Shown: positions 46,808 through 55,361 of the stretch, one piece after another
Position numbering within the stretch: the stretch's first letter is position 1
How the letters are laid out: every line of letters begins with the position of its first letter
Assembly: GCA_027491435.1 (NCBI GenBank)
Contig: JAOZFG010000004.1
Location: 192,001 to 256,000, forward strand
Source of the DNA: Thermoproteota archaeon
Lineage (GTDB): Archaea > Korarchaeota > Korarchaeia > Korarchaeales > Korarchaeaceae
Direction: 5' to 3'
Length of the DNA stretch: 64,000 bases
Program-made: the position numbers and the translations under genes
The notes under the pieces: model-generated
The model's database searches: none
Seen by the model: the letters and a program-made list of their open reading frames with translations, nothing else
Told to the model about the DNA's origin: nothing

Positions 46808-47540
46808 CAGGTTTCCCTTTTTCTCTGCGGGACCCCCTAGAGAATTTATGTTTTTCTATCAGCTCGCCTAGCACACCTATGAGTTCACCGCTTAAATCAA
46901 AGACATACGCCTCATCAAGATCCACGCATTTAGGAAATATCGGCCCCTTTACTTCCAAGTTATTTAACATCCCGTAGCCTGTAAGCTCGTTAAATGGAGG
47001 CATTATCAACACCTTGGGAGGAACCCCCTCGCATGAGGTCTCCGCCAGCACCCAAACAGGTTCAGAGAACCCCCTAACCCTGATAGTCGGGTGAACGTGG
47101 CCCATTATCCCTATTCTAAAGTTGCTTGACTCCTCCGGCGGCATAGCGTGGCCATGGAATAGCCAAGAGTCATCCAGCGGGAGCCCCCTTCCATCCACAA
47201 CTTTAGTTTCCTGTGTATTCACCAACCCGCCGTCGTGGTTACCCTTTACCACAACTACCTCATCGAACTGCTCCCTCACGACCTCAAAGAACCTAGATAC
47301 CCTATCCAGGGAAGAGGAGGTCAGACCAATGTCGTGCTTTAAATCACCATTGACGACGAGCTTCCTTGCTCCTGTGAGCTTTCCAAGTGAGATCACCCTC
47401 CTAGCCAGTTTTTCCGTCTGATCTGGCAGATATACCCCCGAGAACATTAATTCTAGCTCAAACCCGAGGTGTAGATCGCTGATCACAAGGGTCCCACCTT
47501 TAATTATGACTGCCCTCTCCTTCCACAGGGGTTCTATCAT
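46791..47540 (-). CDS. Calcineurin-like metallophosphoesterase
   Basis: SDLHLG, NGDLKH, GNHD, HGH and GHVHP motifs. Confidence 0.88.
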   Translation of the reverse strand: MIEPLWKERAVIIKGGTLVISDLHLGFELELMFSGVYLPDQTEKLARRVISLGKLTGARKLVVNGDLKHDIGLTSSSLDRVSRFFEVVREQFDEVVVVKGNHDGGLVNTQETKVVDGRGLPLDDSWLFHGHAMPPEESSNFRIGIMGHVHPTIRVRGFSEPVWVLAETSCEGVPPKVLIMPPFNELTGYGMLNNLEVKGPIFPKCVDLDEAYVFDLSGELIGVLGELIEKHKFSRGSRREKGKPVERGR

Positions 47541-47568
47541 TTCAGACGAGGCCTCCTACATATTTGAG

Positions 47569-47895
47569 GTGCTGAGGGAATTACCTTGGGCAAGCTCTAT
47601 AAAAGCTCTTAAGGCGGCCTTGGGGATGAAGGTTAGGAAGGTGAGGTTCAAACCAAGCAATAGGACCCTTCACCTGGTTTCAGGTGTTACGGGGGATCAC
47701 TTAGTCACCGACTGGTACTGTAGCTGTCTCGACTTCTACGTTAGAGTTCTAGTCAGGGAGGAGAGGAATTACTGCTACCACATTGCTGCAAAGAAAATAG
47801 CGGAAAAATTAAATTTAATAATTGAAAATAAGGTAACTGACAGAAAGTACCCTGAAATAATACTTAAAGTAGCCAGGGACGACAATATATTGTAG
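47569..47895 (+). CDS. SWIM zinc-finger protein (start uncertain)
   Basis: CSC.DF...C.H motif. Confidence 0.75.
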   Translation: MLRELPWASSIKALKAALGMKVRKVRFKPSNRTLHLVSGVTGDHLVTDWYCSCLDFYVRVLVREERNYCYHIAAKKIAEKLNLIIENKVTDRKYPEIILKVARDDNIL

Positions 47896-47955
47896 ATTTA
47901 ACCTCGACAAATAACGTAATCCTTATATTACCAAATCTCCCTATTTAAGTAGTGG

Positions 47956-48726
47956 ATGAAAATGTCTCTTGATATAGAGGATGACCAGGAGATCCTCTCC
48001 ACTTACCACAGGAGGATTCTCAAAGAGATGGTCGCGAAGAAGATAGCAGGCGACATATTGTTCAGTCAGAACATAGGAATGGCCATGAGGAAGTGGAGAG
48101 AATATTTCGGCGTTAAGCAAAGTGAACTGGCCAGGATGCTCGGCGTGTCAGCTTCCGTGGTCTCCGACTATGAGTCCAGCAGGAGGAAGAGCCCTGGATC
48201 CTTAGTTTTGAGGAGGTTCATCCTTACCCTGATAGAGGAGGATGAGAAGAGAGGGGGCAACGTGATAAAAACCCTGGCGAAGACCTCAGGCATGATACCG
48301 ATGCTCTCAAGCGTCATTGATATGAACGAGCTGACCGTCCCGATGGAGCTGGATAAGTTCATTGAGATAATAGATGGTATCCTGCTGGTGGAAGCGCCTC
48401 AAAAGACCTACATTCACGGTTACACAGTGATAGACAGTCTTAAGGCCATAGAAAACCTTTCAGGTAATGACTTCATGAGGTTATTCGGCATGTCCACCGA
48501 GAGGGCCCTCATATTCACTAAGGTGACCATTGGGAGGAGCCCCATGGTGGCCTTAAAGGTCACAGACATAAGGCCAAGCCTAGTGGTCCTTCATGGGCCT
48601 GATCCAGACAAGGTGGATAGGCTGGGCATAAAGCTAGCCCACCTTATGAGGATCCCCTTAGCAGTTACCAGAATTGAAAACATTTATAATTTGGTGGAGA
48701 GGCTCAGGTCTCACCTAGGTGAGTAG
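47956..48726 (+). CDS. XRE-family HTH transcriptional regulator (archaeal COG1709-like)
   Basis: KWRE.FGV.Q.ELA..LGVS.SV.SDYES.RRKSPG; FT.VT.GRSPMVA. Confidence 0.88.
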   Translation: MKMSLDIEDDQEILSTYHRRILKEMVAKKIAGDILFSQNIGMAMRKWREYFGVKQSELARMLGVSASVVSDYESSRRKSPGSLVLRRFILTLIEEDEKRGGNVIKTLAKTSGMIPMLSSVIDMNELTVPMELDKFIEIIDGILLVEAPQKTYIHGYTVIDSLKAIENLSGNDFMRLFGMSTERALIFTKVTIGRSPMVALKVTDIRPSLVVLHGPDPDKVDRLGIKLAHLMRIPLAVTRIENIYNLVERLRSHLGE

Positions 48727-49218
48727 ATGAACACGAGAGAGGTCACGCTGTCCGCCGTAATAGCAGCCGCTTACGCGGCCTTAACCCTGTTACTGGCTCC
48801 AATATCATACTACCAAGTGCAAGTAAGAGTCGCAGACTCCTTACTAGCCCTATCTTTGTTGTTCGGATGGCCTTCCATAGTAGGGGTGACTGTGGGTTGC
48901 TTCATAGCAAATATCTTAGGTCCCTTCGGGCTAGTAGACGCTGTGGGAGGGAGCATAGCTAATTTAGTGGCTACACTGATTGGATGGAAGCTCAGAAGAA
49001 ACAAACTCGTCTCTTTAGTTTCTATGGCGGTGGTGGTGTCGGCTATAGTTTCATCTTACCTCTACGCGCTGTTCAACGTTCCCTATCTTGTGACATTCGC
49101 TTATATACTCGCGGGATCATTAATATCGATAACAGGTATAGGGTACGTCCTCCTCAAAGCTTTAGAGAGGACCACCAGGGCGATCAGGCTAGAGGCTGCC
49201 GTTCACAATCTTAGCTAA
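48727..49218 (+). CDS. queT: QueT-family transporter
   Basis: AA.YAALT..L.PISY..VQ.RV and G.T.GC.IAN..GP.G..D motifs. Confidence 0.82.
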   Translation: MNTREVTLSAVIAAAYAALTLLLAPISYYQVQVRVADSLLALSLLFGWPSIVGVTVGCFIANILGPFGLVDAVGGSIANLVATLIGWKLRRNKLVSLVSMAVVVSAIVSSYLYALFNVPYLVTFAYILAGSLISITGIGYVLLKALERTTRAIRLEAAVHNLS

Positions 49219-49436
49219 AAGCTCCAAAACTTCCCCCCGTTTTCTAAAATTAATGTTTCTGAAAACTCTAAATTAGGATATCTTCAACCTACCAGACACG
49301 TTAAGAGATAGTTAATTTAATTCGTTAATCGTTGATTTTCGTCTAAAACATAAATATTTTTAGATTATCCCCGCGGGACCCCGAGGTCTCCTATAGGACC
49401 TATTCTCCCGATTCTATAAGAGCCTTGGTGGGTGAT

Positions 49437-50522
49437 ATGAAACCGAGCAGAGAAGTAGGCATCGTAGGATGGGGGGTATACGTTCCTCAATGGAGGATAA
49501 CTTCAGAGGAGCTCGCTAGAGGGTGGGGCAGGGAGTGGAAGAGGTACGCCGCTGGCATAATGGTGGAAGAGAAGAGCCTACCTGGCCTTGACGAGGACAC
49601 ATTCACCATAGCCTATGAAGCATCTGTGAACGCTCTAAAGAGGGCTAGGATAGACCCCGCAAAGATAAGGGCCGTATACGTTGGGACCGAGTCCAAACCC
49701 TACGCGGTAAAGACCACAGCTTCGATACTAGTCGAGGCCCTAGGTGCCGGTGGCGATGCTAGGATGACCACTGGGGCGGACTACGAGTTCGCGTGCAAGG
49801 CCGGGACGGAGGCAATACAGACCTCCATAGGGCTGATAGGTTCGGGCATGATCGACTACGCCCTGGTGGTGGGAGCTGACACGGCTCAGGGCGCGCCTGG
49901 AGATGCCCTAGAGTACACAGCTTCAGCAGGAGGGGCCGCATTTGTGCTGGGCCCATCTTCTGAGTCCGTAGCGGTTATCAAAGCGTCCTTGTCACACGTG
50001 ACCGACACTCCTGACTTCTGGAGGAGGCAGCATGAGAGGTATCCGGCCCACACCAGGTCATTTACCGGCGAGCCAGCCTATTTCAAACACATAATGGCTG
50101 CTGCGAAAGCACTAATGGAGGAGGTAGGCACCACGCCGGACGATTACGATTACGCCATATTCCACCAGCCCAACGGGAAGTTTCCCCTCAGGGTGGGGCA
50201 ACGGCTGGGCTTCACCCCCGACAAGATAAAACCAGGCCTGATAACCCCCTACATAGGTAACACCTACAGCGGCTCGGCCTTAGTGGGCCTGTCTGCTGTG
50301 CTGGATCAGGCTGAACCGGGCAGCAAGATACTGATGGTATCCTTCGGTTCAGGGGCCGGAAGCGACGCTTTTCACATAGAGGTCACCGACAAGGTGGTGG
50401 AAGTGAGGGACCTTGCCCCTAAGGTCATGGATTACGTTAACAGGAAGAGGTACGTGGATTACTCCACCTACGCCAGGTACAGGAGGATGATAAAGATGTT
50501 ACACGACTTCAGCTCGTACTGA
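49437..50522 (+). CDS. Hydroxymethylglutaryl-CoA synthase (archaeal)
   Basis: [34 protein letters not shown] and SFGSGAGSD motifs. Confidence 0.95.
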   Translation: MKPSREVGIVGWGVYVPQWRITSEELARGWGREWKRYAAGIMVEEKSLPGLDEDTFTIAYEASVNALKRARIDPAKIRAVYVGTESKPYAVKTTASILVEALGAGGDARMTTGADYEFACKAGTEAIQTSIGLIGSGMIDYALVVGADTAQGAPGDALEYTASAGGAAFVLGPSSESVAVIKASLSHVTDTPDFWRRQHERYPAHTRSFTGEPAYFKHIMAAAKALMEEVGTTPDDYDYAIFHQPNGKFPLRVGQRLGFTPDKIKPGLITPYIGNTYSGSALVGLSAVLDQAEPGSKILMVSFGSGAGSDAFHIEVTDKVVEVRDLAPKVMDYVNRKRYVDYSTYARYRRMIKMLHDFSSY

Positions 50523-50531
50523 GGTGATGAT

Positions 50532-51680
50532 ATGAGGGATGTTTACGTTGTAGGGGCTGGTCTAACCCCTGTGGGCAACCACTGGAGGCTAGGGATTAGA
50601 GATCTGGCAGTTCAGGCATCGATAAAGGCTATGGAAGCCGCTGATAATCCGAAAATAGACTATATAGTGGTGGCTAACGCCTTATCCGGTATAGTGGACG
50701 GACAGGAGAACTTAGGGGCCTTAATAAGCGACTACTTAGGGATGATAGGAACACCCTCACTAAAGGTTGAGGCAGCTGGAGCTTCAGGAGCCGCTGCCGC
50801 CGTCACGGCAGCTGGCCTGATAAAGTCCGGCATGGCTGACAACGTTTTGCTGGTTGGCGTTGAAAAGATGACTGATTATACGGCCCTTGAGGACTCTAAC
50901 ATGGCGTTGAGCACGTCTATCGAGAGGGAATATGAGGCTTTCTTCGGGGCCACCTTGGAAAGCTTACACGCCATGGTCATGCGCTCCTACATGAGGAAGT
51001 ATAACGTAGAGGAGGAGGCCTTCGCGGCAGTACCGGTTCTAATGCATGAGCACGCCTCTACAAACCCATACGCGCAGTTCAAGTTCAAGCTGAAGAGAGA
51101 GTCTTACATGAGGTCCCCCTACCTGGCCGAACCGCTCAAACTTCTGGACGCTCCCTCTATAGGGGATGGGGCCGCAGCTGTAATCCTTTCAGTCTCACCC
51201 AACTCTCCCGGGGGTGCCGTCAGGGTTTCATCATGGGGTCAGGCCACTGACCACGTGAGCCTTTACATGAGGAAAAGCGTGACCGAATTCCCAGCTGTTA
51301 GGCTCGCTGTTAAAAGGGCCTTGGAGAGGGCCGACCTTAAGCTCAGCGACATCTCCTTCTACAAGATACACGATAGCTCATCAGTAGCTGCTCTCATAGA
51401 GATTGAAGAAATGGGCTTAACTGAGAGGGGCAAGGCCATAGAGCTGGTTGACAGCGAGGACTCCAGGAGAAATGGGTCAACTCCGATAAACCCTGACGGA
51501 GGTCTTAAAGCCAGGGGACATCCCTTGGGAGCCACTGGAGTTTATCAGATAGCTGAAACCTATCTACAGCTCACTGACAAGGCAGAGGGGACCCAGGTTA
51601 GCGGGGCTAGAAGGGCCCTACTACTATCAGCCGGAGGGTTGGCCTCTAACGTGGTGGTTCACGTTCTAGAGAGGGTGTGA
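50532..51680 (+). CDS. Archaeal thiolase-fold protein of the HMGCS/DUF35 operon; nucleophile Cys replaced by Gly
   Basis: VEAAGASG, GVEKM, NP.AQF, DGAAA, HD and GGLKARGHPLGATG motifs. Confidence 0.88.
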   Translation: MRDVYVVGAGLTPVGNHWRLGIRDLAVQASIKAMEAADNPKIDYIVVANALSGIVDGQENLGALISDYLGMIGTPSLKVEAAGASGAAAAVTAAGLIKSGMADNVLLVGVEKMTDYTALEDSNMALSTSIEREYEAFFGATLESLHAMVMRSYMRKYNVEEEAFAAVPVLMHEHASTNPYAQFKFKLKRESYMRSPYLAEPLKLLDAPSIGDGAAAVILSVSPNSPGGAVRVSSWGQATDHVSLYMRKSVTEFPAVRLAVKRALERADLKLSDISFYKIHDSSSVAALIEIEEMGLTERGKAIELVDSEDSRRNGSTPINPDGGLKARGHPLGATGVYQIAETYLQLTDKAEGTQVSGARRALLLSAGGLASNVVVHVLERV

Positions 51681-51682
51681 CC

Positions 51683-52093
51683 ATGTGGGCCTACTGGTTA
51701 AGCGTTCCCGAACACTGGAGGGAGATCCCCGCGAGGTATAGGCTGGAAGGAGGACAGTGTGAAGACTGCGGATTTAAAATGATACCTAAGAGGGACGTCT
51801 GTCCCAGATGTGGATCTAAAAACGTGAAGACAGTCAAGCTCCCTAGGAGAGGGAGGGTTCTGGAGTACACCAAAGTCTGGAACCCGCCTAGAGGGTATGA
51901 GTACTACACCCCCTACGTGATAGCCTTGGTGGAGTTAGAGGACGGTACAAGGCTGACCGCCCAGCTAACGGACGTGGACCCCGACGAGGTCGAGGAGGGC
52001 ATGGAAGTGGAGATGGTCCTCAGGAAAGTGAGGGTCAGCGGAGAATCAGGCCTCATAGCCTACGCCTACAAGTTCAGGCCGCTTCTTAAATGA
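51683..52093 (+). CDS. DUF35 Zn-ribbon/OB-fold protein
   Basis: CEDCG...P...CPRCG and PY..ALVEL..G...Y.YKFRP motifs. Confidence 0.92.
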   Translation: MWAYWLSVPEHWREIPARYRLEGGQCEDCGFKMIPKRDVCPRCGSKNVKTVKLPRRGRVLEYTKVWNPPRGYEYYTPYVIALVELEDGTRLTAQLTDVDPDEVEEGMEVEMVLRKVRVSGESGLIAYAYKFRPLLK

Positions 52094-52129
52094 TTAATAA
52101 ATCCCCTCCCCATTTTTTCGTGTGGTTAC

Positions 52130-53470
52130 ATGCTCCACTACAGGGGAAGGGCTAAACGGGTTCTGGAATCCCTGGGCATACAGGATTACGACAGGATACG
52201 CGTTAGGAGGGGCAGATTAACATATGAGGGAATCTTGATACCTCGGCCTGAGATACTGGACGACGATCACATAATCCTCAAACTGGACAACGGCTATAAC
52301 GTAGGAATAAGCCTAAATGGGGCTGAGATAGAGCTTGTTAAGAGAAGCTCCATTATCAAGGAGGAGAGGGCGGAGCTAGGCAGGTTTGACCCCAGGAAAC
52401 CGAAGGTCCCGCTGATAGTGACGGGAGGTACCATAACTTCTAGGGTAGAGTACTCAACCGGGGCGGTCAAATCTTATGAGAGGCCTGAGGAGCTACTGGA
52501 TAAAGTTCCAGAACTTGCCGACATAGCCTACGTTGAGTATGTTCCACTATTCGCCGAGTTCAGCGAGAACCTGACCAAGGATCACTGGACTAGAATAGCT
52601 GAAGAGGTGTATAAAATGCTGAAGGGGGGCGCGGAAGGGGTGATAATAGCCCACGGAACTGATACGATGCACTACACCGCTGCGGCCCTCTCCTTCATGT
52701 TGAGAAACTTGGACAAGCCCGTCATACTGGTTGGGTCTCAGAGGTCTATAGACAGGCCTTCCTCAGATGCCGTACTTAACCTGATAGCTTCAGCTAAGAT
52801 GGCAGCCGAAGGGGAAATAGCTGACGTAATGATAGTTATGCATGGGAGCCCGTCAGATGAATTCGCCTACGCTATCAGGGGGACCAGGGCTAGGAAGATG
52901 CATACCTCGAGGAGGGACGCCTTCCAACCGGTTAACGAGCCTCCCCTGGCCTTAGTGAGCAGGAACTCCATAAAGGTGATCAACCCTAGGTACAGGAGGA
53001 GAGTTAAGGGGGAGAGCCATGTGTTTTTAGACGCTAAGATGGACGATAAGGTCGCCTTGCTTTATGTATGGCCTGGAATGCCTGCAGAGCTCTTATCTGA
53101 CGTGGCAGATAGGTTCAACGGTTTTGTCCTGGCGGGAACTGGTTTAGGACATACTCCCAAGTGGATAATTCCGAAAATTAAGGAAATAGTTGGAATGGGG
53201 AAGCCGGTGGTGATAGCCTCCCAATGCCTCTTTGGCAGAGTTGACTTGAAGGTCTATGAGACTGGAAGGAGGCTTCTAGAGGCGGGAGCGATTCCAGCTG
53301 ATGACATGTTACCTGAAGTGGCCTTGGTGAAGCTTATGTACGTTTTAGGTCACACGAAGGACATGGATGAGGTCTCCAAGATGATGAGGGCCAACCTCTC
53401 CTTTGAGATAGGGTCTAGAATCAGCTTGAGGGACTTCCCCCCGTGCTGGGGTGTCTGCAATGGACTATAG
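52130..53470 (+). CDS. gatD: Glu-tRNA(Gln) amidotransferase subunit D
   Basis: KLDNGYNVG, TGGTI.SRV.Y.TG, HGTDTM, SQRS.DRPSSD and RKMHTSRRDAF motifs. Confidence 0.96.
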   Translation: MLHYRGRAKRVLESLGIQDYDRIRVRRGRLTYEGILIPRPEILDDDHIILKLDNGYNVGISLNGAEIELVKRSSIIKEERAELGRFDPRKPKVPLIVTGGTITSRVEYSTGAVKSYERPEELLDKVPELADIAYVEYVPLFAEFSENLTKDHWTRIAEEVYKMLKGGAEGVIIAHGTDTMHYTAAALSFMLRNLDKPVILVGSQRSIDRPSSDAVLNLIASAKMAAEGEIADVMIVMHGSPSDEFAYAIRGTRARKMHTSRRDAFQPVNEPPLALVSRNSIKVINPRYRRRVKGESHVFLDAKMDDKVALLYVWPGMPAELLSDVADRFNGFVLAGTGLGHTPKWIIPKIKEIVGMGKPVVIASQCLFGRVDLKVYETGRRLLEAGAIPADDMLPEVALVKLMYVLGHTKDMDEVSKMMRANLSFEIGSRISLRDFPPCWGVCNGL

Positions 53471-55361
53471 GGGGCTAGGTCTTAAGGTGGGGTTGGAGAT
53501 CCACCAAAGGCTCAAGACTCACAAGCTGTTCTGTGGGTGCCCCTCTCACCTGAGGGAAGACGAACCCCATCAGTGGGTTAAGAGGAAGCTCGGCGTCTCG
53601 TACAGCGAGCTAGGGGCCATAGATCCAGCTGCGAGGTTTGAGTCAATCAGGGCCAGAGATTTCTTCTATGGGGTGTACCACGACACCACGTGCGAGGTTG
53701 AGATAGACGAAGCCCCTCCCGTTCCCCTCAATAGGGAAGCCCTAGAAATCTCACTTCAGATAGCTGAGATGTTCAACATGGAAGTGGTGGACGAGGTACA
53801 CGTGATGAGGAAGATAGTGGTGGACGGAAGCAATACGACCGGGTTCCAGAGGACGGCTCTAGTAGCTTTAGGTGGAGATTTCAGCGCAATATCAACTAAG
53901 TGGGGTGACGTCAGGATAGCAACCTTGTGTCTAGAGGAAGAATCCGCCTACATAGTTGAGAGCAAGCCCTCTTACGCCAAGTACAGGCTGGACCGATTGG
54001 GTATACCCCTTGTTGAGATAGCCACCTACCCGGACATATGGCACCCCGATCAGGCCAAGGAAGCGGCCCTTAAGATAGGCAGGATGTTGAGGGCCACCGA
54101 CAGGGTGCTTAGGGGGATAGGAACCATAAGGCAGGACATAAACGTCAGCATAGAGGAGGGGGCTAGGCAGGAGATAAAAGGGGTGCAGGAGCTAGATCTC
54201 ATCCCCAAGATAATTGAAAGGGAAGTCCAGAGGCAGCTGAACCTGCTCAAGATCAGGGATGCGATGAGGGGTAGGGGGTTAGGCGAGGGAGACTTCAACC
54301 AGTCCGTGAGGGACGTCACTCACCTGCTTGTGGAATCTAAGTCGAAGCTGGTTAGGAAAGCCCTATCCTCCGGTAAAAAAGCCCTGGCAGTCAGGCTTCC
54401 TGGGATGAAGGGGCTCTTAGGCGTGGAACTCCAGCCTAACAGGAGGTTTGGCACCGAGCTTTCAGATTACGCCAAGGTTTTCGGCGGCGTTAAGGGCATA
54501 CTTCACGGGGACGAACTGCCTGGCTACGGGATAAGTGAAGAGAAGGTCTCAGCAGTTAGGGAGGAGCTAGACTGCCAGGGAGATGACAACTTCGTTATAG
54601 TGCTAGCCGATCCCGACAGCGGGAAGTTGGCTCTACAGGCCGTTTTGGATAGGGTAAAGCAGGCCCTTAAAGGAGTTCCAAACGAGACCAGGAGAGCACT
54701 ACCTGACGGTAATACATCCTTCCTGAGGCCGATGCCAGGATCAGCCAGGATGTACCCGGAAACGGACATACTGCCTGTGATAACCAGGCCTTACTTAGAG
54801 GTGGTCAGGTCTGTCAGGGTGAAGACCCCCGAGCAAGTCATCGGGGAACTCGTGGAGGGCTACGGGCTCACTGAAGAACTGGCCTGGGAACTCTTTGATT
54901 CAGAGAAGGACAGGCTGTTCATCAGGGCTTACTTAGAAAACAAGGGCCTTCCCTCCAGGTTCTTCGCCTCCGTTCTAACGGGCCTAATGAAGTCCTTGAA
55001 GAGGGAGGGCTTTGACGTTGACAGGATCAGCGATAAGCACCTGCTGGATATAGCCACCCTGCTGGCCAAAGGTGAGCTGGCTAAGGAGGCGGTAGAGGAG
55101 GTGCTCAAGGGGATTGCTCAGGGTAAATACAAGGACGTCCTACAGTACCTGAGAGAGGCCAGGATATCAGACCAGGAGCTTGAGAGGGTCGTGGACGAGG
55201 CTATTAACAGGTTGGAGGCGAAGATAAAGGAGAAGGGCGAGAGGGCTTTCAGCGCAGTGATGGGCGAGGTCATGAAAGTGGTTAGGGGTAAGGTGGACGG
55301 GGCCAAGGTGAGCAAGCTGGTCAGGAGGAAGATAAAGGAGAAGTTAGAAGAAGTCAGTTAG
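53460..55361 (+). CDS. gatE: Glu-tRNA(Gln) amidotransferase subunit E
   Basis: GLEIHQ, MRK.V.DGSNTTGFQRT, LDRLGIPLVE, GTIRQD.N and PG..RMYPETD motifs. Confidence 0.96.
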   Translation: MDYRGLGLKVGLEIHQRLKTHKLFCGCPSHLREDEPHQWVKRKLGVSYSELGAIDPAARFESIRARDFFYGVYHDTTCEVEIDEAPPVPLNREALEISLQIAEMFNMEVVDEVHVMRKIVVDGSNTTGFQRTALVALGGDFSAISTKWGDVRIATLCLEEESAYIVESKPSYAKYRLDRLGIPLVEIATYPDIWHPDQAKEAALKIGRMLRATDRVLRGIGTIRQDINVSIEEGARQEIKGVQELDLIPKIIEREVQRQLNLLKIRDAMRGRGLGEGDFNQSVRDVTHLLVESKSKLVRKALSSGKKALAVRLPGMKGLLGVELQPNRRFGTELSDYAKVFGGVKGILHGDELPGYGISEEKVSAVREELDCQGDDNFVIVLADPDSGKLALQAVLDRVKQALKGVPNETRRALPDGNTSFLRPMPGSARMYPETDILPVITRPYLEVVRSVRVKTPEQVIGELVEGYGLTEELAWELFDSEKDRLFIRAYLENKGLPSRFFASVLTGLMKSLKREGFDVDRISDKHLLDIATLLAKGELAKEAVEEVLKGIAQGKYKDVLQYLREARISDQELERVVDEAINRLEAKIKEKGERAFSAVMGEVMKVVRGKVDGAKVSKLVRRKIKEKLEEVS

